The translations under genes were made by a program, and so were the position numbers. Under the pieces are notes generated by a model. That model ran no database searches. It saw nothing but the letters and a program-made list of their open reading frames with translations, and was not told where the DNA came from. A stretch of DNA of 64,000 nt from Tubulanus polymorphus (Eukaryota > Animalia > Nemertea): positions 10,380,850 through 10,444,849 of the forward strand of contig NC_134029.1 in NCBI RefSeq assembly GCF_964204645.1. The letters are read 5' to 3'. Positions within the stretch are counted from its first letter, which is position 1. Each line of letters opens with the position of its first letter. Positions 24,150-36,274 of this stretch are shown here, piece after piece.

Positions 24150-25330
24150 AGATTTTGAAAGCCCTAGATGGAGACGTTTACGACGGCGCTGGAGGAGCAC
24201 CGCAACCAGGCCCTTCTCGCGAACCAGGGTACTCGTCACAACTCCAATCTCGAAGATCATCGTACGCGGAGAATGAGCGGGAGGATGTGCTGCAACCGGG
24301 ACCTTCTCGCGATCCGTTGTTCGCGTCGCGTTTGTCCCGCGAGCAACCGCGACAATCGTCGGAGTTTACCGTACAAAACGTACGCTTTCGCGAAGTTAGT
24401 ACTAAAACAACCATTATTTTTTCTAACGCAAAAACACGGGGATAACGTATTTAAGACTCTATTTTTTCATACAGCATTTTCGTTTATGATTTTAGATCAT
24501 CTAACGAAATAAATCTAACGAATCCGTCGACGCGCTGCGCATGATACATCGCACATTCGAAAACCTTCTCGACGATATCGGTAACCGACTCGACGTGAAC
24601 CCTCGTGATTTTATCCGTATATCGATGGCACTTATATAACGTCGGCCCCTACGAAAACTGCGCGACGATCGCGTCCGTGTGCAACGAAGCGTAACGGTGG
24701 TCATTCCTTCAACCGAACAAAGTAAGTCTAATCCCCATCGGTGGATACCGGCGCGGGGATAAGACGTCGAAGATGGCCGCCCGTTGGCTGAATTTCATCA
24801 CCGAAACGGAGAACGTACGATTGGACCACGCCTTGAACGGCGGCGAAGTACGGATAGGTCCGTACAAATGCGACGGTTTCGACCGACTGACGAAGACAGT
24901 CTATGAATTCAACGGTTGTTTTTACCATGGATGCGTTCGGAAACCGTCAACCCGGTTTGCGGACGATCCATGGAAGAACTTTATCAAGCTACCAATCAAA
25001 AAGCTGAATTTCTTCGATTTCGAGGCTACACAGCCGTAACGTTGTGGGAGCAGGAGTATAGCGATATGCTGGTCAACGACGTCGGGTTCGGAGAGTTTGC
25101 TGCCGGCAATACCGACATCGTGGACGGAATCGACCACCGAGATGCATTTTTCGGGGGTCGTACGAACGCTATTAAACTTCATAAACGACGAGCGTATAAG
25201 ATATATAGACATTTGTTCGTTGTAACCATTCGTCAATAAACAATGCAGTTATCCGATCGGACATCCGATCATCGTGTCGGAGAATTTTAAACCGATTTCC
25301 AACTATTACGGTATCGTTAAATGGGTCGTT
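24150..25330 (+). pseudogene. Maverick/Polinton protein-primed DNA polymerase B relic
   Basis: WLNF...HALNGGEVRIGPYKCDGF...VYEFNGCFYHGC, RDAFFGGRTNA, YIDICSL*PFVNK..YPIGHP; frameshifted and deleted; left boundary uncertain. Confidence 0.88.
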
Positions 25331-26363
25331 CTTCTGATACCGGGTTCCAGCTCAGATGTATGTAAATTGATTGGAATAAATGCAGCGAGTCAAATTGAAA
25401 ATACGCCCGGTTTATTCAAGGTTTTAGATGAGAGAGCAACTGAGGAAGAGAGAGAGTTCAACGCTCTTAGTCATCATATATACAGTAACAGGCATACAAA
25501 AATATTCAAAAAGAAAAAATTCCACATGGCCGATATTACTTGAACCCAGCCAACACGTCAAATAGGTTGCGAGCAATCCAGGGCGACCAGAGGGGACGAA
25601 TGCGCTAAAATAGAAACTAAACGCGGATAAAACATACAGTCTGTCAGAATTATAGAAGTAGCCACACGAAAGTGACATGATAGGCACACCATACAGTGTC
25701 CCCTGAATGTTATCACAACCTTCAATTACAATAACAAATAAATCTACATATTATATCACACCCGAATATCATAATCGGGCCCAAGTAAATACATGAAAAT
25801 TGACACGGTGTCCATAGGGGAAGACTAAACACACAACTATAGTATAATATATATATTCATATCTGACGCCAGCCAAAAGAACTCTCGATTGATACCTACA
25901 CATGGTGGTCACGCATACTTCCTTACTTTCCTTAATATAATATATTTTTTCTACACGTATCCATAATTCGAATTACTTTCACTAATACGGGTATGATACA
26001 GAGGAAACCCGAAAAACGCCATTACAAACACGAATAACAATATGACACGACAATGGGCTATAGTAGCACATCTCAAAACTATACGAGGATGAAACTTAAT
26101 CAACTTATTGGACTCAATAGGATGGAGCCACACGATAGAATTGGACATACCCACCATTGCAGTGCTCCACAATTCATGAGTAAATAGCTTTGTATATGCC
26201 TCCGCTGACTGAGTCTTACGTAGACAGAAATATCTTGTAGTATTAGCACATTTAAAATGTTTTATAACTTGTTCGTTATACTTAATAGAACTATTAATTA
26301 TTATTTAACATATGGAATTAAGAACATAATCACTGTAGAATCACTGTAAATTGGAGCTTGGAG

Positions 26364-26650
26364 ATCCTACCGCTGAGACCATTGTCACGAGGGTCCGAGT
26401 GACTCTCTTCCCATTTAGAGATCCCCAAGACAAAGTTTACAAGACAGTGATATTAATATACAAAATGAATTGAGTTTACACAACATAACAGGAAATTTAC
26501 CAAGAAGCGTATACTACGTAATGCGTGAATACGTAACTTGAAGAACGATAGCTGGTATGCTGGTATCATGGTTACGTGCTCTGCATGATATCTCGTGTTA
26601 CGTTCTCTGCATGATATCTCGGGTTACGTAGACCCCACACGATCGTTACA
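26364..26650 (-). mobile_element. Orphan 268-bp LTR (26383-26650) followed by tRNA-Leu-like PBS
   Basis: Minus strand TGTAACGA...TCGTGACA then A-TGGTCTCAGCGGTAGGAT (15/18 to TGGTGGCAGCGGTGGGAT); no PPT before it and no partner LTR in the window. Confidence 0.7.
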
Positions 26651-27399
26651 GTCTGGCTCAATTCAATGACTTTTGGGGTACTGCCTGTCCTCGTCGACAG
26701 CAGGTGATAATTTCGCCATTCAATTAGCAGGTAAGGGAGCCATCCCGATTATACCATTGTGAGGATGCCATATGGGGGCTTTGTTTATATAATATGAGTG
26801 TGGGCAGTCGGGTAAATCGCAGATTTCAATATTTAAGGCATCATCCAAAGAGGAAGGGGATAACACCACTGTGCAACCTCTGCATTGACGTTTGCAAAAA
26901 TTGGTTAAATACCTCGAGATAAATAGACAAGCCCGGACGAGGAAGTACAAAATAACGACCAGTAGCAATGCGCGAGCATTTGCGTGGATACGCTCCAAGA
27001 CATTGCCAGTATGGGTAGGACCGTCGGTCAATATTCTTACTGAGGTGGTTGGCACGAAGATCATGGATTCATTTACAGTAATCTTAAATCCTTTCGCGTT
27101 CGGGACAACGTTTGTGTCGCGACTGTTGTCACTGTTGTCACGAGTGTATTAGTACAGTTCCGAAACCCGATTGGATCATCTATGGAATGCTCGTCGCCGT
27201 TCTGATCGATTACTCTTTGTCAATATAATACTTTGTAAATTCTGTTACGTAAAAAGTTTTGCTGTTCGAGTTATTCAAATGCTGATATGCAGCCGTTCTA
27301 AGGAGGAATTCACACAGTTTGTGGCTGTAGGGGCAATTGATCTCGCTACTAGGTGAGTCCCCTGCGGTTACTGCGATACAGGTAAAAGGAGATCGCAAG

Positions 27400-28400
27400 A
27401 GCTACTAGGCTAAACGCCAGTGATATATAGCTAATAAGGTTGGATTGGGACACGCCCAGAAATAGGTTAGATGAGGTTGCCCGCCAAGGCGACACAATGG
27501 CATTGCCCCTCTGCTGACTTTACGGAAGCAGGTAGTGAACTTCTGCTCAGCGTCAGCCACCTTGTCCCATTTGTCCGTCTTAATTGTTATGTGTGGCAGT
27601 ATCACCTGATGGATTTTGGATGAGTGAAATGAAGGGTCGAGAAAATCCCTTTTCTCGTTCATAGACATGTGTTTGAAAAAAGATAAAATAACCGGCAGGT
27701 TCACCGGGTGTGAATGGGTGTCGTACTGGATTGATGAGAGGTACTAATCTTGGGCGGGATTTTGAATGCAGAGGATGTAATACCACATCCGCACGGTAGT
27801 TTAATTTGGCATATAGTGCACGAGCTGATCGCCTGCGCAGGTTTGCCTGGACAAGTCATAAACACCTCCCAGCCACTCACCAGGTATGATCCTGAGCCAA
27901 GATCGAGAGCTCCCTCGAATGATCCAAATTCTTGATATCTGATATCGCAAAACTTCATGATATTTTCATGATTATTGAAAAAAACGGCGCTGGCGCATGG
28001 TGGAACGGACCGAGATCGAAGGGACCGTGCAGTGGGGCAAACTTTTACACCTTTACCCGCACATTGTAGAAAATGCTTCGCTTCGAACTGCGTATAATAG
28101 TCACCGGTTTGTGTTACGCCTATATAATCAGGGAGGTCTTTGATTAGCGTGCAGTTATGAGAAGAAGCAGTCACAGGTAGCAGCATGACCGATACAGAGA
28201 ACACGTCAAAAATGCTACTTATCTTCGTGATCGGGAACTTGACATTAATGTATATCGCTTTATCCGTCCTTGTTTATAGAACATTACGGATCTGGTAGTA
28301 GTGACCAGGAGTTGAATACGATAACGTAAATCCTGGATAGTCCGTAGATAAGAGATCCTCAATCGAACTCAAAGTTTTAGCAATTCCGTGAGAAGGGACA
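27400..28400 (-). pseudogene. env-like (F-type fusion glycoprotein) C-terminal half
   Basis: HYYQ...IYINVKFPI..FDVFSV...LPDYIGV..DYY..C..C...PCASAVF..IMKFCD...TCPG..CTICQIKLPCGCGI; Cys spacing recalls baculovirus F/errantivirus env; directly downstream of integrase. Confidence 0.7.
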
Positions 28401-28429
28401 AGCTTGATTAACAAAATTCATTTTGATTT

Positions 28430-28570
28430 CTTTAAATGCATCGATTAAATCCTTTGATACATTTCGAGATGGTTCCCACGATGGAGGAAAATCTCCAACC
28501 CATTTAACTAGATATTGACGGCGTCCCTTGTTTTTTCGCGAGGCGAGCAGGCATTCTACCGGATAAGACG
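28430..28570 (-). pseudogene. Chromodomain at integrase C-terminus
   Basis: YPVECLLASRKNKGRRQYLVKWVGDFPPSWEPSRNVSKDLIDAF. Confidence 0.92.
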
Positions 28571-29909
28571 TATCCGTGGACGGCATTTTAGCGTTAGGCT
28601 TGGGCACGGGGGAAGCTGTTGTTGGAACCACGCTGTCAGTTTGCTGTTGGGATAGTGGTGATGGATCGTTTGAGACAGGTGTTGTTTTAATCTCAGTAAC
28701 CCTTGGCTGTGTTTGTGTCAAATTTGTAGGTTTATCTGGATGATCTAGATCCTTATGTACATTTCGATTTAATTTACCAGTACCAATCTTGCGGGCATTT
28801 GGGTCGGTATAGCTTTTTAAGCGATTGGCATGAACCGGGGATTTCAGAGTTCGGTCTGCGTTCGTCGTCAGTAGGTAATTGACGGGTGATATTTACTTCA
28901 CTATGACGAATGGTGAAGAGGGTGAAGAACCTTTTTTGATAAACCCTTGATTGTACGTTGACTACGTAGCCAAACTAAATCCCCTTCCTGGTACACAGGA
29001 TCTGTGACCTTGGGTCTTTTATCGTGTTTTGACTTTGTTATATCTTGCGACTTTTCCAAATTAGATTTTGCCCAAACTCTCGCTTCCTCGAGCTTACGGC
29101 TGAATTCCTGGACGTATTCGTCAGCAGAGTGAAATTCATGCTCGGGGGGGGGGGGGGGTAAAAGTGAGGTATCAATTCGGTTCCTGGCTTCACGCCCGTG
29201 GGGGGGGGGGGTAAAAGTGAGGTATCAATTCGGTTCCTGGCTTCACGCCCGTGCATCAGGTAATATGGTGTAGCCTGTGCTTTTGACGGTCGTGGTCCTA
29301 TAGGCGTGAAGGAGTGGTTTGATAAATTCATCCCAATTGGTCTGTTTGGTGTCACAAAACATGATCAAACCCTATATCAAAGTGCCATTCTATTTCTCGG
29401 TAAGCCCATCTGTGCATGGATGGTACGCCGAGGTACGGATTTGGGAAGTGTCAAATAAAGTGCAAAGTTCATTTACAAGGGGATGATAAGAAGTTAGCTC
29501 CCCTATCACTCAAAATTGCGCGCGGCGCACCGTGGGTACATAATATCTCGTCAGATAAAATCCGCGCTATCATGGTCGCGGAGATATTTTTCGTTTCCCA
29601 GCGTTTTCCAGCCCTCGCGTAAGATAATCGGTAATAACTACACTATACTGGTTCCCCTTCTCGTACGGTGTATAGGACCAACATAATCTATAGCAATTTT
29701 GTCAAATGGGGCATCTACTGCAGGTATTGGAATCTGGGGGGCCGTAACTTTGTGTTTAGGGAATTTCTTTCCATTGCACATTACACAAGATTTGACCCAG
29801 TGTGCTACATCCACGTACATGCCTTGCCAGTAATATTTAGCGCGTATTTTGTCGTAGGTTTTGTCAAACCCAAAATGACCAGCCAAGACGTCATAAGCGA
29901 TAAGTAATA

Positions 29910-30135
29910 ATGTTGATTAATCACTCAAAACATGCATAAAATTTGATTATTTCGAAAGGTACCTGTGTTAGTTTGTGAATTAAGCCATTAATTGTGGACT
30001 GAAGTGGATAGAAAGTATATCTTTGAAGTGTTACTTTTTTCAACCGTGTTTTGGTCCTTGTCATCCCTAACGTTGGTATAAGCCCATCCGATTATGAAAA
30101 GCTTAACACCAACGATTAGGTAACTAACTAGATTG
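29910..30135. repeat. Dispersed repeat inserted in Gypsy pol; second copy at ~48550-48775
   Basis: Shared GATTATTTCGAAAGGTACC...CCTTGTCATCCCTAACGTTGGTATAAGCCCATCCGATTAT. Confidence 0.8.
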
Positions 30136-33100
30136 CTGCCAGAGCAAGCCATTATGTTGCAGGCTATAGAATTCAGTGAGGGATATAATTTCTCTAGCCG
30201 ACTTCCTTTTATCGGGTTAAGTTCTACGACTGAGATAACTGATCAGATCAAGGGAGTATGGGTAATTTCTCTGGGCCTGGTGTAGGAAAGGGATATGATC
30301 AGCAAAGGATTATACTGGGGGGTCTCAGAACTCAGAACCGAAGTGCCTGGACTGTCGGTTATTGCGTTAACATACGGCCTGCGCGAGAGCGCATCGGCCT
30401 CAATGTGGATCCGACCGGCGCGATGGATAATCTCCATATCTTGCAACGTAAGGTCCCAACGGCATAAACGACATCGGGGCTCTTTCAGGGACATCAGCCA
30501 GCGGAGGGCGTTATGGTCCGTGAACACGGAACTTTCAACCGTGGAGGTAGGGTTTATACCGTCTGACACCTTCCATGACAGCGGCCATTTCGCGTTCAGT
30601 CGCTCTCCAGTTGCGTTCTCGCGGCAGAAGATTCCTACCACCGCACGCAATGACACGTTCTTTACCCTCAATCTTCTGGCATAAGACTAACCCAATCGCC
30701 GTTGCGCTCGCATCGGTGTGGAGCTCAAAAGGCAGGTTGAAGTTCGGGAATGCCAAATTTGGTGGGCTTGTCAGCCTCTTCTTCAGAATTTCAAACGCGT
30801 TTTGACACTCCGGTGTCCAAACGCATTCGGTGTCTTTCTTTGTAAGAGCATATAGTGGGGTACATATCTCGCTAAAACCTGGGACAAAACGGCGGTAATA
30901 AGTAGCCAGGCCGATAAAAGAACGAAGGGTCTTTATATTATCAGGCGCTGGGTATTCAAGTACGGCCCAACATTTCTCTGGATTCGGTCTTACACCGTCA
31001 GTACTAAGTATGTGACCCAGATGTATGACACTTTCCATAGAAAATTTACACTTTTGTAGCTTCAGGGTAAAACCTGCCTCTCTCAAGCGTATGAATATTT
31101 GTTCGAGATGTCGTAGATGTTCTTCGAACGTGCTTGAAAAAAACCCACTATCTCATCCAAATAGATGAGACAAATTTCCCACGAGAGACCCCTTAACACA
31201 TTTTTTAATGATTCGTTCAAAAGTGCTTGGACTATTGCAGAGACCAAACGGAAGACGGTTGAATTCGAAAAGACCACGGCTACAGGAAAAAGCTGTGATC
31301 AGCTTGGAGGCCTCTTCAACCTCTACTTGCCAATAGGCAGACCCAAGGTCTAAGGATGAAAAGTACTTAGGTTGCGAATCTCCTAAGATGTCGATGATGT
31401 CGGTCACATCGGGGCATAGGATATGAGTCTTTGCGCGAAACCGCATTTACTTTGCGTTAATCCACGCAAAATCTGGTTTTACCATCATTCTTCTTAACGA
31501 GAACGACCGGCTACTCCAAGGGGAGTCAGAGTCCCTGATAATACCGGATGTAACCATTTTATCAACTTCTTGCTCTTCCACCTGTCGCACCTCCGGGTTA
31601 CGTCGATATGGTCGCTGTCGAATCGGAGGATGGCCCTAAACGTCTATGATATGTTTGACTAGTGTCATGTGTCCTAACTCACTGTCGTCATTTGCGAAAC
31701 AGTCCCTATACTTTGAAAGTATATCTGCTAGTTGCGCTTTTCGGTGTGGTTCTAAGTTAGAATTTGATAAGTCCACATATGGTGGTTCACGAGAACAATC
31801 GTTCCTCGCTGACAAATTACAAATATTGGGTGCCGGATTCAATTTCGAACAATTCCAGCCATCATATTGATCCTCATCGAGACCTTCCTCCATCACGTCG
31901 AACGCGTTGAGTGAGATCGAACCGAGAAACGTGTTTTTGTGCATTTTAATAGGTTTAGCGGTTGGATTTCAGAGCCGGAAGTGTAGTTTATTGTTGATGA
32001 GGGCCACTAGTTTAACACCAATAATATTGGACTTGATTAGCCTGGTGGAGGGTTCAACGAGACATTCGGTCCCATCAGGATTTTGTCGACAGATCTTCGC
32101 TGGAATCACCGTTTCGCTAAATGGTGGCAAAACGGTCTGTTCATGTACACAGCGACGGGCATAACCAGTCAAATCAAATTGCTTCTGCAGCGTCAGTGGC
32201 TCTGAGCAGTTTAGTTCCACAGTTTCATTGCCTAAATCCTTGATCAAACTATTTGGTACCAAGAAATCCATGCCCAAAATAATGTCATAAGACAGGTGTT
32301 CAGCTATTTGTGACGTTATGTGATATTGACACTGACCAATTGTAATGTCAAAAGAAACAGTGCCCAGTATATTGAAAGTAGATCCATTGGCAGAATGCAC
32401 GTTGTTGTTTATCGCCGAATGTTGCTTCATGCTTTTCAAATATTGACACCTATTGTATCAAGATTAACTTATCGCAGTGATGTCGCTACCACTATATATT
32501 AGGATCGTTACCGAGATACTACCAATTTTGCCTGGTATCGAGTTTTCCACTGAAGCTAAAATTGTTGGCACTGGGTTTGATTTTGGTGCGTCAGTTAATT
32601 GGGACTTGTATTCTAGAAATCTATTCGCCGCCTTATCCCAAAGACGTGAAATTGCATTTCCCATTGTACATATGTGTGAGATTAAATAATACACGAATGA
32701 TACGAAGAGCATAGTTTTAATTACAATAAGGTTATCAAAGGATAGGATAGAATAAGTATATCGAAGGTTATCGACCAACCACGATGACGTGGACATCGCA
32801 TGGCGTCTTAATACTTTACTCAAAATTATGAATAAGGTAATCAGAAAACATAACAAAGTTACATAATAAAGTTGATAAATTTGATAAATAGGCGCCATTT
32901 TATGGCGGTCCCTCGAGGTCCACATTTTTGCGATAATTTCAACTCTTTTTTTAAAACATATGTTTAGATTAAATATCATATAGTTCTACAGTCCCTTGCT
33001 CGATGAACTCAAACACCATTTTAAAGGAAATGAAATGCAGATATCTGCTGGTGATTCTTGGATGTTTTGAACGCAACAGAGAACAGTGACGATGTGAAAC

Positions 33101-33541
33101 CAAGGACCGCATATTTTAACCGCACGATATCTATTAACTTTGAAGTATCTCTAAAAGCTATATTTCCAATTTTCACAGAGGTTAAAAGGGTGGTTTGCCG
33201 TTCGGGCCGGCGTTTAAATTGTTTGAATATCTTTCCTTACGACTGATCTGTATCCGCTTGAGTTTGAGATTACGCGCCACCATTTCACCGAACATAACCA
33301 AAATTATGAATAATGATATTGCATCGATAGATTAAAGATCAAATCTCAATATCTAAGAAAAATATCTCAAGTCCCGATCAATAGTTAGTAAAGCAGCTAA
33401 TATCGAATAATCATAAATCTGATGATAGATATATATTATATAAATGATTGAACTTGTTATTCTATTTGAACTCATTCTGGTAAAATAAAATCAATAAAAG
33501 TTTTGAAAAATAAATCTTGCTTCAATTTACGTTTTTGGCAG

Positions 33542-36190
33542 GAACTCAACTATTTAGAATTCGTCGGAATGGCAAGCATGCCCAAGTTGTAAGCTCCTTG
33601 GATGAAGTAAAAAGGATTTTTACATCATATCATTCGAGTCCTGAAGGAGGCCATTTCAAATTAGAAAAAGACTTTCTCCGTGATCGCAGAGAAGTACTTT
33701 TGGCCTTCAATGACTAATGACTTGCGAGACTGGGTAAGTTCATATATCAAATAACCCTTTTAGATTCAGTCATATATTGTGGGATTTTTACTCATCGTCT
33801 TATCACGGATATTGTGATCAACTGATCCGTATATTATTTGTTTGAATATTCTACGTAACAGTACAATTATTAAACATAACATAGAATAATTAGAGCATGT
33901 ATTATTACCCAATTAAAGGTGCCTTTTTATTTCTTATCATCAATAAATCAATAGATCAAGGGATGTGAAAGCTGTAATATCAAAACTGGGAGATTGCTGA
34001 AGGGCGATTCTGAGTTGCAACCTATTAAGGTAAATGTCTCTTTTCTTCTATAAAATTTACATGTACCCTCACCAACATCAAGTATAAGATTATTTCACAT
34101 ACTTTACTTTACTTTACTTTATTTGACAAACTCTTGGTCTTAATACAAAGGCAATTTGAGTGATATATACAGTACATAAAAAGATACATCATATGCGACG
34201 TACAGTAGGTAGATACCTAATTAAATATAGGTTTACATGCGAGCTATTTCTAAGGAAAAGTGAAAAATCTCATAATTTTACCAATAAAAATTCACAATTT
34301 ACTAAGTTCGGCTTTCTCTTTGGTTTGCATTAATAACTTATGTTTCATAAGGTTGATATAAAATCTGCTGTCTAGATATAATTCCCTACTATCATTTGAA
34401 TATGTACAGTTGAAAAGGTAGTGAAATTCGTCCCAAATCCTTATATACATATGACATGTGCTTTCGCCGCGCTCAGTATTATCCCATCTACGTTTTTATT
34501 GTGAGCTTATGATTTGTATTTCGAAATTTAGTTAAGTTAATTATGAGGTTATTATTACGATAGACCATATTGTTAATTGTTTTTTATTTCTAGGTTAATG
34601 AAGTCTGGGAAATGGTAGGCGTTGATCTAACCGAAGCACCGATGACAAAAAATGGAAACCGGTATATATTTACGGCTACTGATTACGTGTCAAAATGGGT
34701 AGAAGCATACCCGATAAAACAAAAGTCGGCAACTGAAGTTGCAAAGTGTATCCTACAGATGTACTATCGATTTGGTGCCCCAAAGAGAATCCTGTCTGAT
34801 CAAGGAAGGGAATTTAATAATCAAGTAGGTTTGACTCTTGATAAATCACAGAGAACTTGTTATCATTGAAAATCATGTCATATTGTCTTCTTTTAAGTGC
34901 AGAATTCAGAGAAAGGTATGTAGGTACTGTCAAACTTTTTAACATTAAGGTTGTGTTTTAATCATAGTAACGTTGGTGTTGTATTTCTCAGCTTTGGTTT
35001 TTGTTAACCCACAATTGGTTTTGTCATTCTCTTACGGGATCTTAAAGCTTCGATCACCTTATGTTTTATGTATTTTTGTGAAAATGTTCATATTTTATTC
35101 ATTATTAATAAATTAGCTAAAATTCAAGTAAGCATCTTTAACTACAACTATAGTTATAACTATAAATATAACTATGATTATATAATTAACTATACAGCTT
35201 TAATCATATAACAATATAACAATATAAGTATAACTAGTACTATACAACTATAAGTGAAATGATCCTGATTCATTTTAGTTGAATGATGAGTTATTGAAAA
35301 TGATGGGTACGAAACATTGTGTCACCGCTGCCTACCACCCACAAACCAATGGACTCGATGAACGGACAAATCAAACTCTAAAACAGTACGTGAAAATACG
35401 GAAATATAACATCAGACAGATCTATTTTCATGTATTATGTCATTCTTACATTATTGTATTTTAGGAGATTAAAGCATTTAGTTAATTCTAAAAAAAATGA
35501 TTGGGACGATTACTTAAACAGTGCCACTTACTCCATTAATACGAAGCCACACAGCAGCACGAAAATGTCTCCGTTTTATGTTATGTATGGAAGAGTTGCC
35601 AGGAATGGAATTGAGGTACCAGAGGTTACTGAAGAATACTCGGTAAAATCAATTTTTTCAGTTCGAATTTTTGTATAAAGATGCTGAATTTTGTTAAAAT
35701 ATGTCTCATTTTCCTATATTTACCTTATATATCCAGGGAGTTGAAGAAAACGGAAATACTGAAGCCAATATTTTATCCATTCATGAGAAAATTGAACAGA
35801 CCGCGAGGCAAAATATTGAAAAGGCCCAAACTCGTCAAAAAATTAATTACGATAGGCGGCAAAATAAAGGAGCGAAGAGCCTCAAAGTTGGAGACAAGGT
35901 CTACAGGTATTAGTTCCATACCATGCCTATAGTTTTATGTATGTATTATTACGTGTTGCATTGAATATATGGTATATATATTAGGTACAAAGCAGAAAAT
36001 ATTGGGAGGAAAGGTGGTTTCTTGGAATCTAACTTCCACGAGGAGACGTTGACTATTGAAGAGATTGTTGGCAAATCAGCGATATTATTGAAAGATGGTA
36101 GACCTCTGGGCAGAAAAGTGTCTTTGAAACACTTGATGCCCACCAGAGATTTAATCACTGAGTATATTCCAAGAAACCTTCTAAAGAAGA
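33542..36190 (+). CDS. Ginger transposase exons (HHCC + DDE): 33542-33733, 33955-34029, 34594-34824, 35279-35385, 35465-35642, 35737-35906, 35985-~36190
   Basis: Phase-compatible GT-AG introns; HSSPEGGH..CESC; GVDL, SDQGREF, AYHPQTNGLDER, SPFYVMYGR; one extra A at 33665-33669 shifts the frame; last donor ambiguous. Confidence 0.88.
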
Positions 36191-36274
36191 GTTGAGTATC
36201 TTAATGAATTAAAGACATCATACTCGTGAAGACATGTACTGATAATGAAAAGTAATTAAAATCTTTTGTTTTAG

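Larger units (their letters stand above)
28377..32979 (-). mobile_element. Decayed Ty3/Gypsy pol (PR-RT-RH-IN-chromo); gag and LTRs not found
   Basis: ILIYSGSDIT / IILGMDFL, LDLGSAYWQ, RLPFGLCNSPSTF, YLDEI, LHTDAS, GHFG..YYW..CVMC, IAIDYVGP, SDRGANF; many frameshifts. Confidence 0.92.
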
